From Clostridia bacterium (lineage in GTDB: Bacteria > Bacillota > Clostridia > JAAYHZ01): 64,000 bases of DNA. Position 1 is the stretch's first letter; each line of letters begins with the position of its first letter. Positions 28,359 to 37,832 of this stretch are shown in pieces. The notes below the pieces were generated by a model. The model did not search any database and was not told where the DNA came from. It saw only the letters and a program-made list of their open reading frames with translations. Position numbers and translations under genes: made by a program. The stretch lies in the NCBI GenBank assembly GCA_050950825.1, contig JBMNIH010000010.1, positions 128,001 to 192,000 of the forward strand, written 5' to 3'.

Positions 28359-29531
28359 CTATTTCCCGTACCATACTTTTTTATACACACTTAAAACGAA
28401 ATCCAATTGCTCTTTTGTATGTGTAGCCGAATAGCTGGTGCGCAGCAAACATTGTCCCTGAGGCACGGCAGGCGATACTACCGGGTTCACATACACACCT
28501 TCTTCAAGTAAGACTTTAGTCATTACAAAAGTACGTTCATCTTCGTAGGTCATGACCGGGATGATAGCCGTTGTGGAATTGCCGATAGGTATGTTCAATT
28601 CACGGAAACCGGCTCTCATATAGTCGGCGATATCTTTTAATTTCTGTACTCTTTCAGGTTCTTCCTTTAATATTTCCAAAGCTTCGTAGGCTACCGCGGC
28701 ACTGGCGGGAGTAACGGAAGCGCTGAATATGAAAGGGCGAGACTTGTGCTTAACGTATTCGACGACCTTTTTATCGGCAGCCATATGTCCGCCCAAGCAA
28801 GCCAAGGATTTGCTGAATGTTCCCATGATGATATCCACCTCGGCCTCCAGCCCGAAATATTCGGCGGTACCTCTGCCTTTTGCGCCTATCATTCCCAGTC
28901 CGTGGGCATCATCCACCATAACTCTTGCGTTATATTTTCTTGCCAAATCGATAATATCAGGTAATTTACAGATATCACCACCCATACTGAATACGCCGTC
29001 GGTTACGATGAGTTTTCCTGCGTCCAAAGGAATGTTTTTTAAAATTCGTTCCAGATCCGCCATATCGCTGTGCTTGTATTTGATAGTTTTAGCAAAACTC
29101 AGCCTGCATGCATCCACGATACTGGCATGGTTTTCGCTATCGGATAATATGTAGTCGTGGCGATCCGTCAACGCGGTAATGATTCCTAGGTTCGCTTGAA
29201 AGCCCGTACCGAATGTAACGGCGGCTTCTTTGTTTAAAAATTCGGCAATATTTTTTTCCAATTTAATATGCAAATCCAAAGTTCCGTTCAAAAAACGAGA
29301 TCCGGTACAACCCGTTCCGTATTGCTCAATGGCTTTTTTTGCAGCTTCTATTAAACGCGGATGAGAAGTTAAACCTAAGTAATTATTGGAGCCTGTCATA
29401 ATGGTTCTTTTTCCATTAATAATAACCTCGGTGTCCTGTTTGGATTCCAAAGCATGAAAATACGGATAAATCCCTTTTTCCTTTGCTTCATCGGCTGCGG
29501 TGAATTCCATGCATTTTTTAAATATATCCAT
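28359..29531 (-). CDS. PLP-dependent alpha-oxoamine synthase, serine palmitoyltransferase-like
   Basis: GIYPYF, GSNNYLGLT, GTGCTGSRFLNGTLDLH, NHASI, DDAH, IMGTFSKSLA (PLP Lys), GVYVNPVV; motifs match Bacteroidota-type SPT better than BioF or Kbl (recognition from memory, not an alignment). Confidence 0.85.
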   Translation of the reverse strand: MDIFKKCMEFTAADEAKEKGIYPYFHALESKQDTEVIINGKRTIMTGSNNYLGLTSHPRLIEAAKKAIEQYGTGCTGSRFLNGTLDLHIKLEKNIAEFLNKEAAVTFGTGFQANLGIITALTDRHDYILSDSENHASIVDACRLSFAKTIKYKHSDMADLERILKNIPLDAGKLIVTDGVFSMGGDICKLPDIIDLARKYNARVMVDDAHGLGMIGAKGRGTAEYFGLEAEVDIIMGTFSKSLACLGGHMAADKKVVEYVKHKSRPFIFSASVTPASAAVAYEALEILKEEPERVQKLKDIADYMRAGFRELNIPIGNSTTAIIPVMTYEDERTFVMTKVLLEEGVYVNPVVSPAVPQGQCLLRTSYSATHTKEQLDFVLSVYKKVWYGK

Positions 29532-29541
29532 GTTGCACTCC

Positions 29542-30384
29542 TTAATCCTTTAAATTTTTAGCGACTTTACCGGTATATTTTTTCATTAAAACTTTTAATT
29601 TCAAACCGGTAGGTAAAATTCTGTTTAATATGTATATGAGCTTGTATTCGATACCTACGTTGGTTCGCATAGGCGGTTTTTTCTTTCGTATGATTTTCTC
29701 AACGACGAAAGCGACTTCTTCCGGAGGATATCCGTTTTGCTCGTCTTCTTCCATTACGGATACGGCATGGGTGCTTGCAGGTTCATAAAGAGCTTCAATT
29801 TCTTCTTTTCCGGCCTTTAAACGAGATTTTGTGAAGTTCGTTCGTGTGTCACCGGGCTCAACCAAGCATACATGAATATTGAAGGGGGCAAGCTCCATTC
29901 GTAAAGCTTCGGATAAAGATTCCAATGCGTATTTGGAGGCACTGTACATAGACTGAAAGGGTATGGAAATATAGCCTGCCACGGACCCGATATTGATAAT
30001 GGTACCTCTGCCTTGAGCCCTCATAAAGGGAAGTACTTTTTGGATGACTCTGACAACACCGAAAAAGTTGACTTCGAATTGTTTTTGAGCGATATCGACG
30101 GGAACCGATTCTACGGAGCCGGAGATGCCGAATCCGGCACAGTTGACAAGTACATGAATTTGCTTTTCTTTTTCGATAAGTTTTTCTACTGCAGATGCCA
30201 CCGATTGTTCATCTGTAACATCCATTTGCAGCATATGTACTCGGCTATCCGAAAAATAGTCCGCAGCTTTTCTGGAAGTTCCGTAAACAATATTCCTCGG
30301 ATCCTTTGCCAGGGTCTTCGCTATAGCTTGTCCTATTCCGGATGAAGCACCGGTAACCAATATTACGATATTTTCCGTTTCCAT
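29542..30384 (-). CDS. short-chain dehydrogenase/reductase, candidate 3-ketosphinganine reductase
   Basis: TGASSGIG, basic GTSRK (NADPH-type), NCAG, YSASK; first gene of the operon with the SPT-like gene. Confidence 0.85.
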   Translation of the reverse strand: METENIVILVTGASSGIGQAIAKTLAKDPRNIVYGTSRKAADYFSDSRVHMLQMDVTDEQSVASAVEKLIEKEKQIHVLVNCAGFGISGSVESVPVDIAQKQFEVNFFGVVRVIQKVLPFMRAQGRGTIINIGSVAGYISIPFQSMYSASKYALESLSEALRMELAPFNIHVCLVEPGDTRTNFTKSRLKAGKEEIEALYEPASTHAVSVMEEDEQNGYPPEEVAFVVEKIIRKKKPPMRTNVGIEYKLIYILNRILPTGLKLKVLMKKYTGKVAKNLKD

Positions 30385-30430
30385 AGTCGACAGCTCTCTC
30401 TTTATTATTTATATATAATGTATTAACCGT

Positions 30431-30459
30431 ATTATACTCCCGAAAAAATGTTAATTCAA
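30431..30459 (-). promoter_or_regulatory. sigma-A promoter of the SDR-SPT-GT operon
   Basis: TTGAAT-N17-TATAAT on the minus strand. Confidence 0.7.
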
Positions 30460-30611
30460 CTTGTTCGAGTTTTTTATTACTAGCTGATAATACTATATTA
30501 TAATATTTTCGAAGAAGATACAATGGGTTTGTTTTATTTTATGTAAATAATTAGTGTAGTTATAAATATCATTGAAAAATAACCCGGGAAATCTCATATC
30601 GGGCGGAACAC

Positions 30612-32162
30612 TTTTTGCTCGGATTTGAACCGCACCAGAAGGTAACGCTAGGCGCAGCTGCGAGAGCCTTGGAAGAAAGTATAGACAGCAGTTACCGCAA
30701 AGGCGGAGAGAATGCAAGCATAAAAGCGGAAGAAGGCATTAGCAAACAAGCCGTGATGGATCTGGTACATGAGATTGAGGCGGACATGCCGATGCCGGAA
30801 CCGGAAGGAAAGAAGAAGATAAAAAGGCTTCATGTCATAGCCGATGAAGATCATGTGGCGGCACAGTTTTGGAATGAAAAGGGCGATTTGAAGCGAGATG
30901 CGAGGGGCCATAAGATTAATACCCTGATGCCTAAGCTTGTTTGTGTATTCGAGGATATTATCAATGAATCGGGGGAAGCATCCAAGAATCCCAGATATAA
31001 GCTGATCGGAAAAAAATACTTTTGCGGTATTTACGAGGGTGGCAAAGGCAACGAAAAGCTTTGGATGGAGGTTGCCGAATACATAGAAAAAACATACGAT
31101 ACGGACTATCTTGAGAGAATATACGTAGTCGGAGACGGAGCTTCGTGGATAAAAAAAGGATGCGAATATTTGGAGAACAGCAAATATGTCCTTGATAAAT
31201 ACCATATGATGAAATATATAAACAGGTCAGTGGCGCATCTTTACGATAGCGCGGACGAGGTGAAAGACTGGATTTGGGGAGCCTTGAATCGTTTGGACAA
31301 AAAGGAATTGAAGAATATCTATGAGCAGATCCTGAAGGTTACGGAAAGTGAAAACAAGAAGCAAGAAGTGGAAGATGCGTTAAGATATTTTCTAAATCAT
31401 TGGCAAGGGATAAAAACCCGAGTGGAAGAAACAAGCGGCTGGACATATTGCATAGAAGGGCAAATAAGCCATGTATTGTCGGCAAGAATGAGCAGCAGAC
31501 CAATGGGATGGAGCGAATTGGGTTGCGACCGCATGGCAAGGCTCAGAGCGTACAAAAGAAACGGCGGTAAGATTCTTGACTTGCTAAAATATCAAAAACA
31601 ACGAAAAAAGCAAAAGGAAAGGCGTGAAGCACAAGAAGAATTGATAAGAGATCTGAGAAGAAGACATTCAAAATGGACGTATGCGGAAGATACCAGACGT
31701 CACATACATGGTTTGGAAAGGAGCAGTATGAAGTGGCTAAAGAATATGACCACACTGGCTTGGGACGCATAAGCAGCTTGAACCGCTATGACTTTGTAAC
31801 CGTGTGACGGTAGGCTTTATGCCGCGAAAGTCGCTTTACGATGAGTAGACGGCATGTTAGGCTTGTCTGCCTGGCATCAAACACACAAAGCCGTATCCGG
31901 CTTCACCCTGTAGGAAGATGCCGCAGAGGCCACTAAACATGCCGGCAGAGGCTCGTCGTAAAGCGAACCGTGGAATAAATGAGTACTTTACTTGTGCATT
32001 TGCTATTGTCTTCATGAATTCTTAAATAGGTGATGTGTAATAATCAATTAAAAAAACAAATGTGGAAAAATTGATGGAAATGATATATGATACAGACAAG
32101 ATTTAATCTTATCATAAGGGTGAACTCTCTCTTTTTATTTCCGAATGTATATTGACGCTATC
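30612..32162 (+). mobile_element. 5'-truncated ISLre2-family element
   Basis: Transposase begins mid-protein with no SD; right end TTCCGAATGTATATTGACGCTATC resembles ISLre2-type IRs; no matching left IR seen. Confidence 0.7.
30615..31772 (+). pseudogene. ISLre2-family (UPF0236) transposase, N-terminally truncated
   Basis: IADEDHV, GDGASWI, LDKYH, IEGQISHVLSARMSSRPMGWS. Confidence 0.82.
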
Positions 32163-32179
32163 AAAGCTTCAAAATGGGT

Positions 32180-32395
32180 TTGACGTATCCTCTGCGGTTA
32201 TTATATAATGTTTCAAAATATGAAAACGATGTGAGCGAAAGAATTTGCTTTCACTGTGAATAATTTAGAAGAGCCGGGAAGAGTGCTCATTGAAAACGAA
32301 CGGTATATGCAAGGGATACTCCTTGATGAATAAATAAACTTTGATAATTTTCTGGAAATTTTAATTCTTCGTCTCTTCTTTGACGAAGTTTTTTA
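32180..32395 (+). promoter_or_regulatory. argS promoter and long leader ending in a terminator (T-box-like but lacking the T-box consensus)
   Basis: TTGACG-N18-TATAAT (32180-32209); CTTCGTC...GACGAAG plus T-run at about 32367-32395. Confidence 0.5.
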
Positions 32396-32424
32396 TTAAA
32401 AATGATTGTTAAGGCAGGTATGAT

Positions 32425-34116
32425 ATGGACTACAGAAAAATAGTTTCCGAAATGATCAGTAAAGCATCCGATTTAGAGATTGATAAAATAGAAAACATGA
32501 TAGAAGTTCCTGCAAATTCGGAGTTGGGCGATTACGCTTTGCCTTGTTTTAAGCTGGCATCGATCTATCGAAAGGCACCCGTATTGATTGCCCAAGAGCT
32601 TGCGGGAAAGATATTACCCGACAGCCACATCAGCAATATACAAGCGGTAAACGGATATCTGAACTTTTTTGTCAATAAAGAATCCTTTTCGGCATCCGTG
32701 TTGAATGAAATACTGGAAAAGAAGGACCGGTATGGCGACGACACGGTCGGAGGAGAGCAAACCGTTATTATTGAAAGCTCCTCTCCGAATATTGCGAAAC
32801 CCTTCCATATCGGTCATTTGTGCTCCACCATCATCGGCCAATCCCTTTATCGGCTGTATGAAAGTGCAGGATACAAAGTGGTAAGAATCAATCACTTAGG
32901 AGACTGGGGTACTCAATTCGGGAAGCTGATTTCGGCATACAAACGCTGGGGAGACGACCAAGCGATTCAGGAAGAACCCATAAAGGAATTGCTGCGTATC
33001 TATGTGAAGTTTCACGAGGAAGCGGAAAAAAACCCCGAACTGGAGGAAGAGGCTCGGAGATATTTTAAGAATCTGGAGGACGGATCTCCGGAGGAAACAA
33101 GGCTTTGGCAGTGGTTTAAGGATCTTAGCTTGAAAGAATTCAACAAACTGTACAATCGTCTGGGCGTCAGCTTTGATTCCTACAACGGCGAAAGCTTCTA
33201 TTCCGATAAAATGGACGAGGTCGTATCTTTATTGGAGGAAAAATCTTTGTTGAAGGAAAGCGACCAAGCGAAGATTGTGGATTTGGAACCGTATAATATG
33301 CCTCCTTGCATTATTGTAAAATCCGACGGTGCTTCCATTTATGCAACCCGGGATATTGCGGCGGCCATCTACAGAAAAAGAACCTATGATTTTTATAAAA
33401 ACATTTATGTGGTCGGTATACCCCAAGCGCTTCATTTCCAACAGTTTTTCAAGGTATTGGAGCTGATGGGATGCGAATGGAGCAAGGACTGCGTTCATGT
33501 CGGCTTTGCTCATGTTCGGTTTCCGGATAAAAAGCTTTCCACCCGTTCGGGAAACGTCATTTACTTGGAAGATGTTTTGGACGAATCGGTGAACCGTATC
33601 AAGGAATACATGACCAATACCAAGCTTGATGAAGATATGATTGAGCCTACCGCCGAAAAAATCGGAATCGGTGCGGTTATCTTTGCTTTTTTGAAAAGAT
33701 CGAGAGAAAAAGAGATGGTCTTTTCTTGGGAAGAAACATTAAACTTAGAAGGCGAATCCGGTCCTTACATTCACTACACTTACGCCAGAGGATTAAATAT
33801 CCTGCGTAAAGTGGAAGGCTTGGAAGACCGGCCGGACTTTTCTTTGCTGAAAGAAAAGGTGGAAATCGCAATTATTCAAAAACTGTCCGTATTACAAGAA
33901 ACGATTGCAGAAGCCATTAGTCGTAACGAACCGATGGTTATTGCACGGTATGTGATCGAGCTGTCCAAGCTGTTTAACTCGTTCTATAACTCTTGTAAAG
34001 TTATCACCGAGGAAATAAAATTAAAGACGGCACGGGCGAAATTAATTGAAGCATGCTGCATTGTCATTAAAAAATGCTTGTATTTATTGGGAATTGAAAC
34101 GGTAGATGCAATGTAA
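32425..34116 (+). CDS. argS: arginine--tRNA ligase
   Basis: SSPNIAKPFHIGH, NHLGDWGTQFG, YNGES, KLSTRSG, GPYIHYTYAR, C-terminal M. Confidence 0.97.
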   Translation: MDYRKIVSEMISKASDLEIDKIENMIEVPANSELGDYALPCFKLASIYRKAPVLIAQELAGKILPDSHISNIQAVNGYLNFFVNKESFSASVLNEILEKKDRYGDDTVGGEQTVIIESSSPNIAKPFHIGHLCSTIIGQSLYRLYESAGYKVVRINHLGDWGTQFGKLISAYKRWGDDQAIQEEPIKELLRIYVKFHEEAEKNPELEEEARRYFKNLEDGSPEETRLWQWFKDLSLKEFNKLYNRLGVSFDSYNGESFYSDKMDEVVSLLEEKSLLKESDQAKIVDLEPYNMPPCIIVKSDGASIYATRDIAAAIYRKRTYDFYKNIYVVGIPQALHFQQFFKVLELMGCEWSKDCVHVGFAHVRFPDKKLSTRSGNVIYLEDVLDESVNRIKEYMTNTKLDEDMIEPTAEKIGIGAVIFAFLKRSREKEMVFSWEETLNLEGESGPYIHYTYARGLNILRKVEGLEDRPDFSLLKEKVEIAIIQKLSVLQETIAEAISRNEPMVIARYVIELSKLFNSFYNSCKVITEEIKLKTARAKLIEACCIVIKKCLYLLGIETVDAM

Positions 34117-34138
34117 ATACTATGCGGAGGGTGATAAA

Positions 34139-34954
34139 ATGGATAAGAAGTTTACGGTATTGGTTATCGGAGCACATCCCGATGATTGCGAGATTAAAGT
34201 AGGCGGGTTAGGAATCAAATGTGTCGAAAAAGGATACAGGGTAATATTCATGTCCGCTACCAACGGGGAAACCGGCCATCAAACGCTGAGTAATGAAGAG
34301 ACGGCTCGGATCCGTAAAGGAGAGTTTGAAAGATCCTGTAATATGGCCGGTATCGAATGTTTTGTGACCGACATTCCCAGCAATAAAATCTTACCGGATA
34401 TCATAACCAGGGAAATGTTCGTGCGAATTATTCGAGGTTATCAGCCGGATATTATCATTACCCACAGATTAAACGACTACCATCCCGATCATCGGATTAC
34501 GGCACAGCTGGTGCAGGATACTTCTTACGCCATCAAAGTGCCGAAGGTATGCCCGGATGTACCGCCGCTGCGTTATACTCCCGCTATCCTGTATATGTCC
34601 GATAGTTTCAAAAGACCTTACGAATTTTCTCCTCATATTGCCTTGGATATCGACGCCGTTTTGGACAAGAAGATGAGGATGTTGGCCTGCCACGAGTCCC
34701 AAGTTTACGATTGGCTGCCGTGGGTGGACGGAGTATCGGACCAAGTACCGGAGGATAAAGAAGAAAGATACTTGTGGATGAAAGAAGACCGTTCTTCTAG
34801 GGATAAAAAATGCGCCGATCGGTTCAGAGAGCTTTTGTGCAAACGATACGGAGAAGAAAAAGGCAAGAGTATCGTTTATGCGGAAGCCTACGAGGTCAGC
34901 GAATACGGAAGACAGTTATCTTTTGATGAGTTGGATGAGATATTCCCGAAATAA
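34139..34954 (+). CDS. PIG-L/LmbE-family deacetylase
   Basis: GAHPDD, HPDH, CHESQ metal-binding motifs. Confidence 0.9.
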   Translation: MDKKFTVLVIGAHPDDCEIKVGGLGIKCVEKGYRVIFMSATNGETGHQTLSNEETARIRKGEFERSCNMAGIECFVTDIPSNKILPDIITREMFVRIIRGYQPDIIITHRLNDYHPDHRITAQLVQDTSYAIKVPKVCPDVPPLRYTPAILYMSDSFKRPYEFSPHIALDIDAVLDKKMRMLACHESQVYDWLPWVDGVSDQVPEDKEERYLWMKEDRSSRDKKCADRFRELLCKRYGEEKGKSIVYAEAYEVSEYGRQLSFDELDEIFPK

Positions 34955-34969
34955 AGGAATGGAGATATA

Positions 34970-35008
34970 AAAGGGCGAGAATTGAATTTCCCGCCCTTTC
35001 GTTTTATT
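34970..35008. terminator. bidirectional terminator
   Basis: AAAGGGCG...CGCCCTTT stem between convergent genes. Confidence 0.65.
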
Positions 35009-36197
35009 TATTTGCGTAGTTATCGAAATAACGTTGAATGTATATGATAGGGGTACCTTTATCGCCGCTTCCTGACGTAAGATCCGCCAAGCTTCCAATA
35101 AGGTCGGTTAACCTTCTGGGGGTGGTCCCTTGCGATACGGCATTGCCCACCAAATCCGGTTCTTTTTTTCGAATATATTCGGTGACGGCTTTCGTCAATT
35201 CTTCTCCGCTTAAATCTTTGAAGTAGTTGTCCGCCAAATATTTTAATTTCACTTCGTTCGGTTTTCCTTCAAGTCCCGGAGTATATGCAGGTGAGACCAC
35301 AGGGTCCGCCAGCTCCCATATCTTTCCGACGGGATCTTGGAAAGCGCCGTCTCCGTATACCATAACTTCTACGGTTTTCCCGGTTCTTTTACGGATTTCT
35401 TCTTGGATGGCCATAACAATGACGTTGCAGCCTCGCGGAAACAATTTTACGCTGTCTTCCGATGCTTTGTTGGATCCTAAAAGTCCGTATTGTTCGTTGT
35501 ACCCGCTGTTGTCAACGGATTGTGAAAGTATATCGTCCAATCCGTAAAGAATATCGCAACCGGCATTGTTGATTAATCTTTTTGTTCGGGTTCTTGTATG
35601 GATGTCGCATACCAATACGTTTTTGGTGTACCGGAGGATCGTCACGGGGTTATTGGAAAATATGATTTCGCATTCCGCCCCGGCGTTTACCACCAATTCT
35701 TTATAGTATGTGACATAATCAACGCCTGTAAAGTAATGCTTTGTATAACCGAAATACTTGCGGAATTGCTCTTCCGTTAAAGTATCCGAATACGGATTTA
35801 TATTATATTGATCCAAAGAATCCGGATCAATCAAATGGTTTCCCACTTCGTCTTTAGGATAACTCAGCAAAAGGATTACTTTTTTAACGCCCTTTGCAAT
35901 CCCTTTTAAACATATGGCAAATCGATTTCTGCTTAGAATCGGAAACACGACACCCAATTCCGTATATCCGAATTTTTGTCTTATATCTTTGGCTATTTGA
36001 TCCGTGGTAGCATAGTTTCCTTGAGCGCGAGCGACCACCGATTCGGTTACGGCAACAATATCTTTATTCTCGATATCATAGCCTTCCGATTTGGCTGCAT
36101 TAACGACTACATCCGATACAATACGGACCACGTCGTCTCCTTTTTTAAATATCGGTGCTCGAAGCCCTCTTACTATTGTTCCTACCGCTCTTTCCAT
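35004..36197 (-). CDS. coenzyme F420-0:L-glutamate ligase-family protein
   Basis: RGLRAPI..GDD, TESVVARAQGN, YGDGAF.DP, GTTPRRLTDLIGSL.DLTSGSGDKGTP. Confidence 0.8.
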   Translation of the reverse strand: MERAVGTIVRGLRAPIFKKGDDVVRIVSDVVVNAAKSEGYDIENKDIVAVTESVVARAQGNYATTDQIAKDIRQKFGYTELGVVFPILSRNRFAICLKGIAKGVKKVILLLSYPKDEVGNHLIDPDSLDQYNINPYSDTLTEEQFRKYFGYTKHYFTGVDYVTYYKELVVNAGAECEIIFSNNPVTILRYTKNVLVCDIHTRTRTKRLINNAGCDILYGLDDILSQSVDNSGYNEQYGLLGSNKASEDSVKLFPRGCNVIVMAIQEEIRKRTGKTVEVMVYGDGAFQDPVGKIWELADPVVSPAYTPGLEGKPNEVKLKYLADNYFKDLSGEELTKAVTEYIRKKEPDLVGNAVSQGTTPRRLTDLIGSLADLTSGSGDKGTPIIYIQRYFDNYANK

Positions 36198-36351
36198 CTT
36201 TCACATCTCCTTACTATGTCAACTCCGCTAAAAAACGAATCAACGGCATCGCAAGTCACATTATACACGATGTGCTGATATAAAAAAAGTAAATAGTTAT
36301 TATGGTTGGTATAAGTTTAGTTTATGCGGGTCTTGGAAGAAAAGAAATCGA

Positions 36352-37053
36352 TCATAGGGATTCACTTTTTTTAGAGATACCGAAAAGTTCGATTTCTTTA
36401 TTAATGCTCTGCATTTCTTCATCGATCTGCGCTATGCGGTCGGCACAGGACTTCAAGCGCTCAAATAGGCTTTCCGCCGGACAATCCGCATTTTTATAAC
36501 GGATTTGATGCTCCAAGCTCGCCCAAAAATCCATGGCAATGGACCGTATCTGGATTTCTACCGGTGTTATATGGATTTTATCTTTTATGACCACGGGAGT
36601 GGAGACAATGATGTGCAAGCTTCGATATCCGTTCGGTTTAGGATTTTTAATATAGTCTCTTGTGCACATCAACGTAATGTCTTTTTGACTGCAAAGCATG
36701 TCGGCGACCGTATAGATATCGTCTTTAAAGTGGCAAATGACACGAATGCCTGCGATGTCCGTCAATACTTCCTTGGCCTTCTTAATACTCGGTTCGTAAC
36801 CTTTTCTTTTTAATTTGTTGAATATGCTTTCCGGTGTTTTTAGTCGGCTTTCAATATGATGTATAGAGTTACGATTGTATAATTTATAAAAATTATGATC
36901 GATGCTTTCCAGCTTTTCTATGATGTTCTCCATGGCTCGGTTATAAATTGTCTGCATTTCCGGAAGTTCATCATAGTTTTTACCTAATAATCTGCGCAGA
37001 TCGATAACGTTCTGTTTTTCCTTCGTCGATATATTTCTTTCAATGATGATCAT
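36352..37053 (-). CDS. small alarmone synthetase (RelP/RelQ-like GTP pyrophosphokinase)
   Basis: SRLKTPESI, DIAGIR, DYIKNPKPNGYRSLH, EIQIRSIAMDFWASLEH. Confidence 0.92.
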   Translation of the reverse strand: MIIIERNISTKEKQNVIDLRRLLGKNYDELPEMQTIYNRAMENIIEKLESIDHNFYKLYNRNSIHHIESRLKTPESIFNKLKRKGYEPSIKKAKEVLTDIAGIRVICHFKDDIYTVADMLCSQKDITLMCTRDYIKNPKPNGYRSLHIIVSTPVVIKDKIHITPVEIQIRSIAMDFWASLEHQIRYKNADCPAESLFERLKSCADRIAQIDEEMQSINKEIELFGISKKSESL

Positions 37054-37397
37054 TACCATACTCCGTTTTCAATAATTTGTTTTGCTTTCAACGTTCTCAA
37101 AGTCGGTTACGACTTTTCGATTTTCCAACGTTAATAAGAACCTAAAAAACAAACACAGACAAACCCCCTGCAAAATTTACAGACGGTACCCAATATTTAT
37201 TTTATTCTTTCTTTCTACGAATTGATTTCCACCTTTTATATTTTAGCACGAAAGCCTCTTTTTAGTCAATTCAAGCGGATGCCAAATGGTACACCGAATG
37301 GTATAATTAACCGGGTTTACTTGTATCGATACTCTAATAAACTAGGAATCTCCTATAGATCTAGAAGTATTTGGCTCAAATTTTTTCGCTCTTATTC

Positions 37398-37427
37398 TTG
37401 ACTTTGATAAATCGATTATGATATATT
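37398..37427 (+). promoter_or_regulatory. promoter of the tRNA-Ser pair
   Basis: TTGACT-N18-TATATT with TG extension. Confidence 0.55.
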
Positions 37428-37443
37428 TATATTCGCCTTGTAT

Positions 37444-37534
37444 GGAGAGATGGTCGAGCTGGTTTAAGGCACCGGTCTTGAAAACCGGCGTAGGCGTGAG
37501 CTTACCCTGGGTTCGAATCCCAGTCTCTCCGCCA
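37444..37534 (+). tRNA. tRNA-Ser(TGA)
   Basis: GGAGAGATGGTCGAG...CCGGTCTTGAAAACCGG, long variable arm, GGTTCGAATCC, CCA end. Confidence 0.96.
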
Positions 37535-37550
37535 ATTTCATATTTTTTAT

Positions 37551-37644
37551 GGAGAAGTACCCAAGTAGGCTGAAGGGGACGGTTTGCTAAACCGTTAGTA
37601 GGGGAATTACTCTAGCGAGGGTTCGAATCCCTCCTTCTCCGCCA
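37551..37644 (+). tRNA. tRNA-Ser(GCT)
   Basis: GGAGAAGTACCCAAG...ACGGTTTGCTAAACCGT, long variable arm, CCA end. Confidence 0.96.
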
Positions 37645-37650
37645 ACCATG

Positions 37651-37684
37651 CACCTTTCGAAGTTTTCGAAGGGTGTTATTTTTA
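37651..37684 (+). terminator. terminator after the tRNA-Ser pair
   Basis: CACCTTTCGA...TCGAAGGGTG followed by TTATTTTT. Confidence 0.75.
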
Positions 37685-37832
37685 TCTCAAATATCGGGTT
37701 TTTTACGTCAAATGGATACTATTTGGGTACTATAGATAACAAAAAATACATAAAATTACGATAATCTATCTTTTTTTATCGATCGATTTCTCAATAAACC
37801 GGTCTCGGAATGCTGAATTACCGGTAGTCATA

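Noticed and set aside
28359-29531. Annotation as BioF or Kbl
   Set aside because: The GSRFLNGT and YPYF motifs and the lipid-gene context favour SPT; no bio/tdh neighbours or BirA site. Not formally excluded without a tree or assay.
30579-30592. ATAACCCGGGAAAT as a Noc-binding site
   Set aside because: Two mismatches to the B. subtilis consensus and a single instance; chance cannot be excluded.
37279-37307. AATGGTA direct repeat upstream of the tRNAs as an integrase arm site
   Set aside because: Better explained as an upstream promoter (ATGCCA-N17-TATAAT with TG extension).
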